Shown piece after piece: positions 10,085 through 20,689 of a stretch of DNA of 64,000 nucleotides; the stretch's first letter is position 1, and every line of letters starts with the position of its first letter. A model generated the notes under the pieces. That model ran no database searches. It was not told the DNA's origin and saw nothing but the letters and a program-made list of their open reading frames with translations. This DNA comes from an uncultured Clostridia bacterium (GTDB taxonomy: Bacteria > Bacillota > Clostridia > Lachnospirales > Lachnospiraceae). The stretch is taken from positions 6,306 to 70,305 of the forward strand of contig CAMOXU010000001.1 of the NCBI GenBank assembly GCA_946629525.1, in the 5' to 3' direction. The position numbers and the translations under genes are program-made.

Positions 10085-10116
10085 ACGAAAGTTGCTGCGC
10101 AGCTGACGATAAGATC
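10085..10116. repeat. REP-like palindrome family A, copy 1
   Basis: acgaaagttgctgcgcagctgacgataagat, similar to the copies at 13609, 38870 and 46330. Confidence 0.6.
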
Positions 10117-10146
10117 TTTTGACAGATCCGCAAAGCCGACCTTATA

Positions 10147-11355
10147 TCACATCATCGTATCGAGCGTCTCGCGAACAGCCTTGATAAAGTCGAGTGTGGA
10201 AAGCTTTTCCTTATTCGGGAGATCACAGATGAGAGCCAGATCGCCCGTCATCTTCCCGCTCTCGATCGTTTGGATCGTCGCCTTCTCAAGCTTGTCCGCG
10301 AACTCCGAGAGAGCCGCATTTCCATCCAGTTCTCCGCGCTTTCTCAGAGCACCTGTCCAGGCGAAGATCGTCGCGACGGAATTTGTCGAAGTCTCCTCCC
10401 CTGCAAGATGCTTATAATAATGGCGCTGGACTGTCCCGTGCGCTGCCTCATACTCGAAATATCCGTGCGGAGAGACGAGAACGGAAGTCATCATAGCCAG
10501 CGAACCGAACGCGGAGGAAAGCATATCCGACTGGACATCTCCGTCGTAGTTCTTCAGGGCGAGGACAAAACCGCCTTCATTTTTCATGAGACGGGCAGCC
10601 ACGTCATCGATCAGCGTATAGAAGAATACAATGCCGGCCTTCTCGAAGGATTCTTTGAATTCTTCCTCATAGATGCGCTCAAAGATCGCCTTGAACTCGC
10701 CGTCATAGATCTTGGAGATCGTATCCTTGGTGCCGAACCAGAGGTCCTGTTTTACGGAAAGCGCGTAAGTGAAGCAGGATCTTGCGAAACTCTCGATCGA
10801 CGCGTCCAGGTTGTGCATGCCCTGGACCACGCCCGGACCCTTGAATTCGAAAATCGTCTGTCTTGTCACCGTCCCGTCTTCGGCAGTGAAGACGATCTCG
10901 GCCTTGCCGGGCCCTTCGATGCGCATCTCGGTATTCTTATACACATCCCCGTACGCATGTCTCGCGATCGTGATCGGCTTCTTCCACTTTTTGACGACAG
11001 GATCGATCCCGTTCACAAGGATCGGTGCTCTGAAGACGGTGCCGTCGAGCATGGCGCGGATCGTCCCGTTCGGGCTCTTGTAGAGCCTCTTCAGGCCGTA
11101 CTCCTCCTGGCGCGCGGCATTCGGAGTGATGGTCGCGCACTTGACGCTCACACCGTACTTCATATTGGCATTGGCCGCGTCGATCGTGACCTGATCATCC
11201 GTCTCATCCCGGTGCACGAGGCCCAGATCATAATATTCTGTATTGAGATCAATATACGGAAGAAGAAGCTCATCCTTGATCATCTGCCATATTACCCGGG
11301 TCATCTCGTCTCCGTCCATCTCGACGAGCGGCGTTGCCATTTTAATCTTTTCCAT
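10147..11355 (-). CDS. icd: NADP-dependent isocitrate dehydrogenase (subfamily II)
   Basis: [44 protein letters not shown]. Confidence 0.97.
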   Translation of the reverse strand: MEKIKMATPLVEMDGDEMTRVIWQMIKDELLLPYIDLNTEYYDLGLVHRDETDDQVTIDAANANMKYGVSVKCATITPNAARQEEYGLKRLYKSPNGTIRAMLDGTVFRAPILVNGIDPVVKKWKKPITIARHAYGDVYKNTEMRIEGPGKAEIVFTAEDGTVTRQTIFEFKGPGVVQGMHNLDASIESFARSCFTYALSVKQDLWFGTKDTISKIYDGEFKAIFERIYEEEFKESFEKAGIVFFYTLIDDVAARLMKNEGGFVLALKNYDGDVQSDMLSSAFGSLAMMTSVLVSPHGYFEYEAAHGTVQRHYYKHLAGEETSTNSVATIFAWTGALRKRGELDGNAALSEFADKLEKATIQTIESGKMTGDLALICDLPNKEKLSTLDFIKAVRETLDTMM

Positions 11356-11456
11356 AATAATCCTCCTTACAATAGCGGCGGTCAACTTACCGGTTCCGTC
11401 CGGAACCCGATTCGCGGCCGCCTGCGCATTTTGCGCGCGTGCCGTATCCGGCTCCT

Positions 11457-12863
11457 TTATTCCTTCGGCTCGAGGTGCATGTCAAGCTCTCCCATCGCGT
11501 CCCGGCAGACGTCAAAGAGCTCCTCATTGGCGATCACGGTCACACGGCCGTTCTCATACTGCGTATCGACCCAGGCCTTGATGCCCTTGACCAGATCCGA
11601 ATGCTTATCGATCACGATATCCGACGGAACGTCATAGTGCTTGTTGACCCAGTGCGCGATCCCGGCCAGACCGGATGTGTTGGAGATCATGACCTCAGCC
11701 GGACGCTTCAGGAATTTTTCCGTATCGAAGATGTTATAGATCTCTTCATTCTTCAGAAGACCGTCCGCATGGATCCCCGCCCTCGTGATATTGAAGCTCT
11801 TTCCGACGAACGGTGTCCTCGGCGGGATCTTATATCCGATCTCCTTCTCATAATACTCTGCGAGCTCGGTGATGACCGTCGTATCCATCCCGTCCAGCGT
11901 GCCGCGGAGCTGCGCATACTCGAAGACCATCGCCTCGAGCGGTGTGTTGCCGGTGCGCTCTCCGATACCGAAAAGTGAGCAGTTGACTCCGCTCGCGCCG
12001 TACAGCCATGCCGTGGTGGAGTTCGTGACCGCCTTGTAGAAATCGTTGTGTCCGTGCCACTCGATGAGCTCCGACGGAACACCGGAGTGGACCATCAGGC
12101 CGTAAATGATACCCGGTACAGAGCGCGGGATAACGGCGCCCGGGAAATTGACTCCATAGCCCATTGTATCGCAGGCGCGAATCTTGATCGGAATGCCGTA
12201 CTGGTCTCTCAGCTTCATGAGCTCCAGGCAGAACGGAATGACATAACCGTATATATCGGAGCGTGTGATATCCTCGAGATGGCACCGGGGGCTGATCCCC
12301 ATCTCCAGGCACTCCCGGACGATGCCGAGATAATGCTCCATTGCCTGGCGGCGGGTCATGTGCATCTTATAATAAATGTGGTAGTCAGAGCAGGAAACAA
12401 GGATCCCCGTCTCGCGCATGCCCATCGACTTGACCAGCTCGAAATCCTTTTTGCTCGCGCGGATCCAGCTGGTGACCTGGGGGAATCGGTATCCTCTGCC
12501 CATGCATTTCTCAACGGCGAGTCTGTCCTTCTTGTCATACAGGAAGAATTCGCAGGCCCTGATCTTGCCGCGCGGACCGCCGAGTCTGTGAAGATGGTCG
12601 AAGATCGTGACGATCTGGTCTGTTGTATACGGGGCTCTCGACTGCTGTCCGTCACGGAAAGTCGTGTCCGTGATCCAGATGTCGTCCGGCATATGGTGCG
12701 GAACGATTCTGTCGTTGAACGCGATCTTGGGAATCTCTTCATATGGGAACAGATTTCGGAATGTGTTCGGCTGTTCAAGGTCGACCAGCGGGTACATATA
12801 TTCTTCGAGCTGAAGAAGATGTGTATTGTGGTTCATATAGACAGCTCTGTTCTCTGCTTTCAT
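11457..12863 (-). CDS. Re-citrate synthase (LeuA/DRE-TIM metallolyase family)
   Basis: [42 protein letters not shown]; no LeuA regulatory domain; directly upstream of icd, as is typical of clostridial Re-citrate synthases. Confidence 0.8.
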   Translation of the reverse strand: MKAENRAVYMNHNTHLLQLEEYMYPLVDLEQPNTFRNLFPYEEIPKIAFNDRIVPHHMPDDIWITDTTFRDGQQSRAPYTTDQIVTIFDHLHRLGGPRGKIRACEFFLYDKKDRLAVEKCMGRGYRFPQVTSWIRASKKDFELVKSMGMRETGILVSCSDYHIYYKMHMTRRQAMEHYLGIVRECLEMGISPRCHLEDITRSDIYGYVIPFCLELMKLRDQYGIPIKIRACDTMGYGVNFPGAVIPRSVPGIIYGLMVHSGVPSELIEWHGHNDFYKAVTNSTTAWLYGASGVNCSLFGIGERTGNTPLEAMVFEYAQLRGTLDGMDTTVITELAEYYEKEIGYKIPPRTPFVGKSFNITRAGIHADGLLKNEEIYNIFDTEKFLKRPAEVMISNTSGLAGIAHWVNKHYDVPSDIVIDKHSDLVKGIKAWVDTQYENGRVTVIANEELFDVCRDAMGELDMHLEPKE

Positions 12864-12900
12864 AATAACTCCTCCTGTCTTCTTAGTATGATTCAGATGT

Positions 12901-12963
12901 TCGCGAAACGTAGCATACGATGGAAAATGTTCACACAGCTCCATTCCGCACATAGTATCTCAA
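12901..12963. repeat. Collapsed remnant of long-hairpin element family C
   Basis: tcgcgaaacgtagcatacgatggaaaatgttcacacagctccattccgcacatagtatctcaa resembles the joined left and right ends of 37461-37694. Confidence 0.55.
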
Positions 12964-12965
12964 TT

Positions 12966-13007
12966 ATTATGAGAACCGATTCGCGAACCTCATGACCATA
13001 AATCGGC
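12966..13007 (-). repeat. Palindromic repeat family D, copy 1
   Basis: Reverse complement gccgatttatggtcatgaggttcgcgaatcggttctcataat versus 39041-39082 gccgatttatgattatgaggttcgcgaaacgattctcataat (38/42 identical). Confidence 0.8.
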
Positions 13008-13058
13008 ATTTTCTTCGGGAGTTCCTCACGGAACATCCGACAGATCGATCATCTGACC

Positions 13059-13568
13059 TTAATTATCGTTTGTTCTGCTCAGCGTCTCGATGAGAAGCCT
13101 GAGCGCGCAGTCCGCCGCCTGCGTCCTGATGCCGATCCGGTCCCCGGTAAGGTCCAGCTTCCGCACTTCCGTCCGATCCCTGTACGCGCAGGCGATATAG
13201 ACGAGACCGACCGGCTTTTCCGGCGTTCCGCCGCCCGGACCGGCGATCCCGGTCGTCGCAATTCCGCAGTCTGTACCGCAGACGTCGACACAGCCGCGGG
13301 CCATCTCGTAAGCAGTCTCGCTGCTCACCGCCCCATACTGAAGGAGAGTCTCATGCTTTACATGGAGATACTTTTCCTTCGCGTCATTGGAGTATGTGAC
13401 GATCCCCTGCATGAGCGTACCGGATGCGCCGGGTACGTTGACGATCCGGGATGCGCACATGCCTCCCGTGCAGGATTCAGCGGTCGTGAGCGTAAGATTC
13501 TTTTCGAGAAGGAGCGAAACGGCGGTCTCTTCGAGAGAAACTGTTCCGGTGTTCTTTTCTGCAGTCAT
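13059..13568 (-). CDS. cinA: CinA C-terminal domain / NMN deamidase (PncC-like)
   Basis: TAESCTGG, YSNDAK, GAVS, TTGIAGPGGG..EKPVGLVY; stand-alone, without the MoCF domain. Confidence 0.9.
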   Translation of the reverse strand: MTAEKNTGTVSLEETAVSLLLEKNLTLTTAESCTGGMCASRIVNVPGASGTLMQGIVTYSNDAKEKYLHVKHETLLQYGAVSSETAYEMARGCVDVCGTDCGIATTGIAGPGGGTPEKPVGLVYIACAYRDRTEVRKLDLTGDRIGIRTQAADCALRLLIETLSRTNDN

Positions 13569-13608
13569 AAAAATGATTCTCCCATAATTCGGCCGATAGA
13601 CCGTCCTT

Positions 13609-13644
13609 TTTATCGAAAGCTGCCTTGCCGCTTCCGATATGATC
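13609..13644. repeat. REP-like palindrome family A, copy 2
   Basis: tttatcgaaagctgccttgccgcttccgatatgatc. Confidence 0.6.
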
Positions 13645-13733
13645 TCCTTTTGTCAGGATCAGCGCGCGCATGCAGATTCTTCTCATGCACCGGAGCACTT
13701 CCCGCACATGAGAGTCCTTCAGAATGATAAGAT

Positions 13734-14276
13734 TCACTTCTGGGACGCGAGCACCTTCTTGTTTTTTGCGATATAATCCACGAGGGAGATCACCGTCAGC
13801 GCGCAGGCTGCATACATGACAACAGTCGTAAGCATCTGCACCCACGGGATATCAAAGTTGCAGATCATGAGAATGACCATCGCCATCTGGCTGACAGTCT
13901 TCGTCTTTCCCCACCAGCTCGCGGCGATGACGATCCCGTTGTCGGAAGCGACAAGGCGGAAGCCGCTGATGACGAATTCCCTGGCAATGATGATGATGCA
14001 GATCCAGGTCGGAAGCCTTCCGAGATCCACGAGGCAGATCAGTGCGGAGCATACGAGCAGCTTATCTGCAAGCGGATCCATGAATTTTCCGAAATCCGTG
14101 ATCAGATTATACTTGCGCGCGATCTTTCCGTCCAGCATGTCTGTGAGCGATGCGATGCAGAAGACCGCGAGCGCAGCCCATTTCATCCACCCTTCGCCCC
14201 TTCCGAGAAGCAGGAATACGACGAACGGAACGATAAGAATCATTCGAAGCACCGTGAGTTTATTTGGTAAATTCAT
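13734..14276 (-). CDS. pgsA: CDP-diacylglycerol--glycerol-3-phosphate 3-phosphatidyltransferase
   Basis: MNLPNKLT..R, TDMLDGKIARK...TDFGKFMDPLADK; overlaps the rimO stop. Confidence 0.96.
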   Translation of the reverse strand: MNLPNKLTVLRMILIVPFVVFLLLGRGEGWMKWAALAVFCIASLTDMLDGKIARKYNLITDFGKFMDPLADKLLVCSALICLVDLGRLPTWICIIIIAREFVISGFRLVASDNGIVIAASWWGKTKTVSQMAMVILMICNFDIPWVQMLTTVVMYAACALTVISLVDYIAKNKKVLASQK

Positions 14277-15597
14277 TTTCAATCTCTCCTGTAAGATCAT
14301 AGTGGGAAGCGCCGGTGATGCGGACATTCACAAAATCTCCGCTCATGAGCTCTTCGGTCTTTGGGATAAATACGTAGCCGTCCACGCCGGGCGCGTCCCC
14401 GTAGGTTCGCGCTTCGTAGATCCCCTCCTCGGGAAGCTCCCCCTCGATCACGGCTTCCATCCGTGTCCCGATGCGGGCCTTTCCTCGTGCCAGAGAGATC
14501 GCCTGCTGGATCTCCATGATCTCTCCGCGGCGGGCCTCCTTCACTTCCTCGGGGATCTGCTCCTTCATTCTGGCCGCAGGCGTATCTTCCTCCTGAGAGT
14601 AGGCGAAGACGCCGAGCCGGTCGAATTTCATTTCCGAAACGAACTCCTTAAGGCGCTCGTGATCCTCCTCCGTCTCCCCAGGGAAACCGGAGATGAGCGT
14701 CGTTCGAAGGAAAATTCCCGGAATCTCTTTCCGGAGCGTGACGACGAGGGCACGGAGATCCGCCTCCGTGGTGCGCCGGTTCATGCGCCGAAGCACCCTG
14801 TCCGAAGCGTGCTGGATCGGCAGGTCGAGGTACCGGCAGATCTTCTTCTCCTCCCGGATGGTCTCGATGAGCTCCGGATAGATCTCCTCCGGATAGCAGT
14901 AGAGAATGCGGATCCAGTGGAGCTCCTCGATCTGACAGAGCTCCTTCAGAAGCACGTGGAGGGATTTCTCCCCGTACAGATCAACGCCGTAGATCGTCGT
15001 CTCCTGCGCGACCAGGATAAGCTCCGTCACTCCATCACGGGCAAGGCTCTTCGCCTCGGCGATCAGCTTCTCCTTCGGAATACTCCTGTAATGTCCGCGG
15101 ATCTTCGGGATGATGCAGTAGGTACAGTTCTTGTCACAACCCTCCGCGATCTTCAGATAGGCATAGTGACCGCCGGTCGAGACCATCCTTTTCGTGTGGA
15201 TCATTTCGTCCCGGCTTGCATCTTTAAGAAGGATCGTCTTCTTTCCGGCAAATGCGTCGTCGACCGCCTGCGCGATTCCTGCCCGACCTGTCGTTCCGAC
15301 GATCGCGTCGACTTCCGGGATCTCCTTGAGGATCTCTTCTTTATAGCGCTGCGCCATGCAGCCCGTGACGACGAGAACCTTCAGATTCGCGGTCTCCTTC
15401 AGGTCAGCCAGGCCGAGGATCTCCTCGATGCTCTCCTTCTTGGCCTCCTCGATGAAGCAGCAGGTATTGATCACCGCCGCTTCCGCCTCATACTCGTCAT
15501 CCGTGATCTCATATCCGTGTTCGGTCAGGATGCCGAGCATCTTCTCGGAATCGACAAGGTTTTTGTCGCAGCCGAGGGAAACCATATACAATTTCAT
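14260..15597 (-). CDS. rimO: Ribosomal protein S12 methylthiotransferase
   Basis: SLGCDKNLVDSE, NTCCFI, GCMAQRY, radical SAM EGCDKNCTYC, C-terminal TRAM domain (DAPGVDG). Confidence 0.96.
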   Translation of the reverse strand: MKLYMVSLGCDKNLVDSEKMLGILTEHGYEITDDEYEAEAAVINTCCFIEEAKKESIEEILGLADLKETANLKVLVVTGCMAQRYKEEILKEIPEVDAIVGTTGRAGIAQAVDDAFAGKKTILLKDASRDEMIHTKRMVSTGGHYAYLKIAEGCDKNCTYCIIPKIRGHYRSIPKEKLIAEAKSLARDGVTELILVAQETTIYGVDLYGEKSLHVLLKELCQIEELHWIRILYCYPEEIYPELIETIREEKKICRYLDLPIQHASDRVLRRMNRRTTEADLRALVVTLRKEIPGIFLRTTLISGFPGETEEDHERLKEFVSEMKFDRLGVFAYSQEEDTPAARMKEQIPEEVKEARRGEIMEIQQAISLARGKARIGTRMEAVIEGELPEEGIYEARTYGDAPGVDGYVFIPKTEELMSGDFVNVRITGASHYDLTGEIENEFTK

Positions 15598-15630
15598 ATA
15601 AATAAAACCTCCGTGGGTAATGCGGTGAGT

Positions 15631-15736
15631 GTCTGTCAGAGCTGCCCTGTAGCAGAAGAACGTCTCTGTCTGTCAAAGCAGCCCTGAAGCAGGAGGATGT
15701 CTCTGTCTGTCAAAGCAGCCCTGCCGCAGCAGAAGG
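15631..15736. repeat. Tandem repeat, 37-bp unit x ~3
   Basis: gtctgtcaaagcagccctgaagcaggaggatgtctct-like units start at 15631, 15668 and 15705. Confidence 0.9.
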
Positions 15737-15808
15737 CTCCTCTCACCGCGCCTCATAAAGAAAACGGGACAGGGCCTGTCCGCTCCTATCCCGCTTCCTG
15801 AAAAGTCT

Positions 15809-16048
15809 TTATGTCTCTTCCGGAAGGATCTTCACTTCGCCCTTATAGACCTCCTCCACTGCAATGGAGAGCGGTTTTTCCTCCGGTGTCGTCTCAACGA
15901 GCGGCTCATCCCCGTCGATCAGCTGGCGGGCTCTTCTGGATGTTGCCATAACGATCGAGTAGCGGCTGGATACGACCGGCACGGTACCGTCTTCGACCTC
16001 AGAATTAACGGCTGCAATCATTTCCTTATAGGACGGATGAATCATCAT
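15809..16048 (-). CDS. rpoZ: RNA polymerase omega subunit
   Basis: MIHPSY...SRYSIVMATSRRARQL...KPLSIAVEE; downstream of gmk. Confidence 0.93.
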   Translation of the reverse strand: MMIHPSYKEMIAAVNSEVEDGTVPVVSSRYSIVMATSRRARQLIDGDEPLVETTPEEKPLSIAVEEVYKGEVKILPEET

Positions 16049-16050
16049 AG

Positions 16051-16686
16051 TCAGTTTCCTCCTCTCATCATATCAGAAAGCTGTTTCTTGATCTCCCGGT
16101 TGAAATCCTGTCTGTGAACGCTTCTGTCATGGACAGTGCAGACCAGGCCGTGAAGCTCCGTGACGGCACGGTCCAGATCATCATTCACAAGAATAAAATC
16201 ATAAAGCGGCATATACGATGCCTCCTCGACGGCCCGGCGAAGGCGTTTCTCGATCTCCTCCTCAGTCTCGGACCCCCTGTCGGTCAGACGTCTTCGAAGC
16301 TCCTCCGCACTCGGAGGCGTCACGAAGATCCGTTCTGTCTCAGGCATCTTTTCCTTGATCTTCTGTGCGCCCTGCACTTCGATCTCGAGAATGACGTCCT
16401 TACCGGCCGCCATCATTTCCTCCACATATTTTCGGGGAGTCCCGTAATAGTTCCCGGCGTATGTGGCATACTCGATGAGCGCGTCCTCACGGATCATCTT
16501 CTCGAACTCCTCACGGGAAATGAAAAAATAGTCTTTTCCGTGAACCTCTCCCGGCCGGGGCTTTCTCGTGGTCGCAGAGACAGAGAGCGCATAATTGTCA
16601 TATCTGCGAAGGAGCTCCTTCATGATCGTCCCCTTCCCGGCACCCGAGAAGCCGGACACAATAAAAAGCAAACCGTTTCCGGTCAT
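16051..16686 (-). CDS. gmk: Guanylate kinase
   Basis: SGFSGAGKGT, SATTRKPRPGEVHGKDYFF, YYGTP. Confidence 0.97.
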   Translation of the reverse strand: MTGNGLLFIVSGFSGAGKGTIMKELLRRYDNYALSVSATTRKPRPGEVHGKDYFFISREEFEKMIREDALIEYATYAGNYYGTPRKYVEEMMAAGKDVILEIEVQGAQKIKEKMPETERIFVTPPSAEELRRRLTDRGSETEEEIEKRLRRAVEEASYMPLYDFILVNDDLDRAVTELHGLVCTVHDRSVHRQDFNREIKKQLSDMMRGGN

Positions 16687-16708
16687 ATTCCCTCCTCTTG
16701 AACGCTTG

Positions 16709-17587
16709 TCATTCTATGTTCTGGATCTGTTCCCTGATCTTCTCGACATCAGTCTTGAGTGCAATACCGAGATTCGACGTTGCAAGATCACCTGCCTTCG
16801 AGAGGATCGTGTTCGATTCACGGTTCATCTCCTGGGCGAGGAAATCCAGCTTTCTGCCGACGCTCTCCTCTTTCTCGATCTCGAGCGCGACCTGCTCTAT
16901 GTGGCTCTTCAGACGGACGGTCTCCTCATCCGTGCAGATCTTGTCCGTGTAGATGACGACTGCCGCCGCGAGCTGCCCCTCGTCGATGCTGCGGTCTCCC
17001 AGGACCTCCTCGATCTTCTCGGAGAGCCTCTTCCTGTAGTCCGCCAGAATCTCCGGCTCACGGGCAATGATCTCCTCCACATTGGCCTTCATCCCCGAAA
17101 GCTTCGAGATGATATCGTCATGCAGGCGCTTTCCCTCCGCGATCCTGGCCTCATCGAACTTTTCACACGCGGATCTCACGGCATCAAGAAGCTGTGCTTT
17201 CAGCGCTTCCTCATCGACAGGCGTCTGCCGGAGCGTGATGACATCCGGGAACCGTGCGATATCCACCGCGCTGATCCCGCCGGCGAGGCCTGCCAGCCCT
17301 GTGATCTCTTTTAAAATGTCGGCATACTTCCCGGCCAGCGCCTCATTCAGGAACGGTTCACTCGAGCTCTCCGCGTAGGTCTCCTCGGTAATGAAAACAT
17401 CGACTTTTCCGCGGCTGATGTACTCTTTCAGGATTCCCCGCACGTCCGTCTCGAACGCGCTGTACTTCTTCGGAAGCCGGATATTGCTGTCGAAGTAGCG
17501 GTTGTTCACGGATTTCATCTCCACCGTGATCTTTCGAAGATCATTTTGAATCTCGGCGCGGCCAAAGCCTGTCATACTTTTTATCAT
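16709..17587 (-). CDS. yicC: YicC/YloC family endoribonuclease
   Basis: SMTGFGR, KSVNNRY, GRKLDFLAQEMNRESNTILSK, REQIQNIE. Confidence 0.95.
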   Translation of the reverse strand: MIKSMTGFGRAEIQNDLRKITVEMKSVNNRYFDSNIRLPKKYSAFETDVRGILKEYISRGKVDVFITEETYAESSSEPFLNEALAGKYADILKEITGLAGLAGGISAVDIARFPDVITLRQTPVDEEALKAQLLDAVRSACEKFDEARIAEGKRLHDDIISKLSGMKANVEEIIAREPEILADYRKRLSEKIEEVLGDRSIDEGQLAAAVVIYTDKICTDEETVRLKSHIEQVALEIEKEESVGRKLDFLAQEMNRESNTILSKAGDLATSNLGIALKTDVEKIREQIQNIE

Positions 17588-17621
17588 AGTGATTTTCCGT
17601 TCCTTATATTTAATCTAAGAT

Positions 17622-17650
17622 ATATTACCTCATTTCGCAAACCTCGTCAA
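17622..17650 (-). promoter_or_regulatory. Sigma-A promoter of the yicC-gmk-rpoZ operon
   Basis: TTGACG-17 bp-TAATAT. Confidence 0.6.
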
Positions 17651-17856
17651 CTTGCGGAAACACATTTCGTCCCCTCTCCTTATGCGTCGATGCACTTAAG
17701 AGGATCCGCTCCTCCATGCGCGGCGCGTGTTTCCCGACCTTTGTAAATCCGTACCGATGTGCTATACTGGGTGCGTGCCGTCTGAACGGCAGCCGGACAG
17801 CCGGCATATAATACCCGAAATACTTTTCGCTCACCTAAGAGCCGGAGGAAATAAAA

Positions 17857-19602
17857 ATGGCATTTGACGGAATCACGACCGCCGCGGTCGTCCACGAATT
17901 AAATACGAAGCTTGCGGGAGGCGGCATCAGCCGCATCGTTCAGTCCGAGAAGGACGAGCTCATCCTCACGGTAAAGAGCAGCAAGGTCACCTACAGAGTC
18001 CTTCTCTCCGCGTCCGCCTCTCTCCCGCTCATCTATCTGATCCCTTTCAACAAGCAGGCTCCGCTCACTGCCCCGAACTTCTGCATGCTTCTGAGAAAGC
18101 ACCTTCAGGGAGGGCAGATCCTCCGTGTGCATCAGCCCTCCCTTGAGCGCGTCATACAGTTCGACGTGCAGCACCGCGACGAGCTCGGCGACCTGTGTGT
18201 CCGCAGGCTCATCATCGAGCTCATGGGCAAGCACAGCAATATCATTCTCACGGATGACAGCGGAAAGATCCTCGACAGCATAAAGCGCATCCCGTCGCAG
18301 GTAAGTTCTGTCCGGGAAGTCCTTCCGGGAAGGCCCTACTTTATACCGGGCGCCGACGCAAAGAGGGATCCGCTCACGGCAGACTGCGCTGCTTTCGGGC
18401 AGGCTCTCAAGGACAGCCCTTACGATCTCGTAAAAGCCCTCTACATGTCCTTTACCGGGCTCTCCCCCGTCGCTTCCGAGGAACTCGCCTTTGAAGCCGG
18501 ACTCGAAGCCCGAAAGAAAGCTTCCGAGCTCGGTTCCGATGAGGTCGACGCGCTGTTTGATGCATTTTCAAAGCTCATGGAGAGGATCCGCGAGGGAAAT
18601 TTCAGCCCGTGCATCGTCTATGAGGGGGACAGACCGCGGGAATTTGCCGCATACCCGCTCATGATCTACTCTCATCTCTCCTCTGAGACTTTTGAATCCG
18701 CAAGTGAGATGCTTCTCTCCTATTACGGGGAGAAGGAATCCGCGGACCGCATGCGGCAGAAATCCGCCGATCTCCGGCATCTTGTCACGACTGCCCTTGA
18801 CCGGACCAACAAGAAGTGCGCCATTCAGGAGAAGCAGCTCCTGCAGACGGAGAAAAAAGACAAATACCGCATCTACGGCGAAATGCTCAACACCTACGGG
18901 TACGGTGCTCCGGAGGGAGCAAAGTCCATAGAGGTCATCAATTACTACACGGGAGAACCTCTCACGGTCCCGCTCGATCCGACACTCACCGCAAGTCAGA
19001 ATGCTCAGAAGTATTTTGACCGCTACAACAAACTGAAGCGCACGGCGGAAGCTGCGGCAGTTCAGCTGGAAGAAGCCCGCTCCGACAGAGAACAGCTCGA
19101 ATACTGCCTTGCGGCGATCGATCTCGCGGAGTCCGAGGCTGACCTTGGAGAGATCCGCCGGGAGCTCACCGAGTTCGGATTCCTGCAGAGAAAAGGACCT
19201 GCGAAAAAGGGAAAAGCCCGCGAGGCTAAGGCACATCCGCTGTCTTTCATTTCCTCGGACGGATTTACCATGTACGTCGGACGCAACAATTATCAGAACG
19301 AGGAGGTCACCTTCAAGATCGGCTCGGGAAATGACTGGTGGTTCCACGCGAAGAAAATGCCGGGAAGCCACGTCATCGTGAAGACCGGCGGCCGGGAGCT
19401 CACTGACCGCGCCTACGAGGAGGCCGGTTCGCTCGCAGCCTACTATTCGAGCGGCAGGAAGGCGCCGAAGGTGGAGATCGACTACACGCAGCGGAAGAAC
19501 CTGCATAAAAAGAACGGCGGAAAGCCCGGCTTCGTCACCTATCATACGAATTATTCGCTGATGGCTTCCCCGGATATTTCAAATCTTACGAGGGCTGACT
19601 GA
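17857..19602 (+). CDS. rqcH: RqcH/FbpA (NFACT) ribosome quality-control protein
   Basis: MAFDG, FCMLLRKHL, ELMGKHSNIIL, NAQKYF..YNKLK, VGRNN.QNE, WFHAK..PGSHV. Confidence 0.95.
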   Translation: MAFDGITTAAVVHELNTKLAGGGISRIVQSEKDELILTVKSSKVTYRVLLSASASLPLIYLIPFNKQAPLTAPNFCMLLRKHLQGGQILRVHQPSLERVIQFDVQHRDELGDLCVRRLIIELMGKHSNIILTDDSGKILDSIKRIPSQVSSVREVLPGRPYFIPGADAKRDPLTADCAAFGQALKDSPYDLVKALYMSFTGLSPVASEELAFEAGLEARKKASELGSDEVDALFDAFSKLMERIREGNFSPCIVYEGDRPREFAAYPLMIYSHLSSETFESASEMLLSYYGEKESADRMRQKSADLRHLVTTALDRTNKKCAIQEKQLLQTEKKDKYRIYGEMLNTYGYGAPEGAKSIEVINYYTGEPLTVPLDPTLTASQNAQKYFDRYNKLKRTAEAAAVQLEEARSDREQLEYCLAAIDLAESEADLGEIRRELTEFGFLQRKGPAKKGKAREAKAHPLSFISSDGFTMYVGRNNYQNEEVTFKIGSGNDWWFHAKKMPGSHVIVKTGGRELTDRAYEEAGSLAAYYSSGRKAPKVEIDYTQRKNLHKKNGGKPGFVTYHTNYSLMASPDISNLTRAD

Positions 19603-20461
19603 CCTTCAGGTCATGCCGCCACTTGACGACTGCCGTCCCTATAATGATCGCATATCCGATAAAGCTCGCGGCGTCCGGGATCTCTCCGAAGGCCAGAAAG
19701 CCGAGGACTGCGGCGAAGAGGACCTGTGAATAGTCAAATACGGAGATCTCCCGCGCGGGGGCGTAGGAATAGGCGGCAGTCACATTCATCTGCCCTACCG
19801 TCGCGGACACGCCGGCCATCACAAGGCACAGGAACTGCCGGAGCGTCATCGGGACGAAATCAAGGATCATGAAGGGAAGACAGCACACGCAGGAGAACAC
19901 GGAGAAGAACAGAACGATCATGGTTTTTCTCTCTCCCATGAGGCCGAGCTTTCTGACCAGTGTATAGGCGGTTCCTGCCGCCACTCCTCCGAGCACACCG
20001 ACGATTGCCGGGAAGGACGCGATCCCGGCAGAGGGCTTGATGATGAAGCCCGCGCCGATAAAGGCAAGAATAACGGTGATGATATCAAAAAGTGCCGGTT
20101 TTTCCTTCAGCAGGAAGATCGACATGATGATCGCCGCGAACGGGGACAGCTTGTTCAGCATGTTCGCATCGGCGATGGCCATGTTGCTGATCGCCCAGAA
20201 ATTGGCGTAAATTCCGATAAAGCCCACCGCGCTTCTGAAAAAAAGCGTTGGCAGGCATCCGTCGTGGATCCCTATACCCTCCCCGGATCGGATGACCAGG
20301 AAGAGGGATACGAAAATCGCGACAAGATTCCGAAAAAATGCCTTTTCCATAACAGGCAGATCGCCGGAAAGCTTTACAAAAAAACTCATCATCGCAAACC
20401 CGAACGCAGCGAGCAGGATGTGGAAAATGCCGCGGGATCGGTTGTTCATTTCTTTTTCCAT
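19586..20461 (-). CDS. DMT/EamA family transporter
   Basis: About 10 TM helices in two EamA repeats (FFRN, LSPF..ILS..LLKEK, FDYSQV). Confidence 0.9.
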   Translation of the reverse strand: MEKEMNNRSRGIFHILLAAFGFAMMSFFVKLSGDLPVMEKAFFRNLVAIFVSLFLVIRSGEGIGIHDGCLPTLFFRSAVGFIGIYANFWAISNMAIADANMLNKLSPFAAIIMSIFLLKEKPALFDIITVILAFIGAGFIIKPSAGIASFPAIVGVLGGVAAGTAYTLVRKLGLMGERKTMIVLFFSVFSCVCCLPFMILDFVPMTLRQFLCLVMAGVSATVGQMNVTAAYSYAPAREISVFDYSQVLFAAVLGFLAFGEIPDAASFIGYAIIIGTAVVKWRHDLKVSQPS

Positions 20462-20464
20462 TGA

Positions 20465-20553
20465 TATCTCCCCGGATGCAAGGTGCATCCTGTCCTCACG
20501 AATATCTCTCCGGATGCAGAGTACATCCTGTTCTCACGAGTATTTCTCCGGAT
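20465..20553. repeat. Tandem repeat, 38-bp unit x ~2.3, overlapping the EamA RBS
   Basis: tatctccccggatgcaaggtgcatcctgtcctcacgaa / tatctctccggatgcagagtacatcctgttctcacgag / tatttctccggat. Confidence 0.85.
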
Positions 20554-20689
20554 TGCGAAAGTCTGCTCCTTCCGGATATTCACACAGTTCCATTCTTTAC
20601 GTACATCGTTCTGCATCATCCCCGAAATACCTTACCGGGATGCTGCTGTACAGAAAAGACCTCCGCGCTTTTGCACGGAGGCCTTACTT

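Noticed and set aside
13059-13733. cinA pseudogene (missing N-terminal MoCF domain)
   Set aside because: Stand-alone PncC-type genes are common. This ORF has its own GGGAG RBS and intact motifs, and I found no MoCF remnant upstream.
13816-15687. 623-aa plus-strand ORF and other long antisense ORFs (10270-11637, 21788-23299, 30199-31692, 37699-39033, 3945-5147, 44652-45707)
   Set aside because: They lie antisense to well-conserved housekeeping genes and show no recognisable motifs. Such shadow ORFs are expected from codon bias in GC-rich coding DNA.
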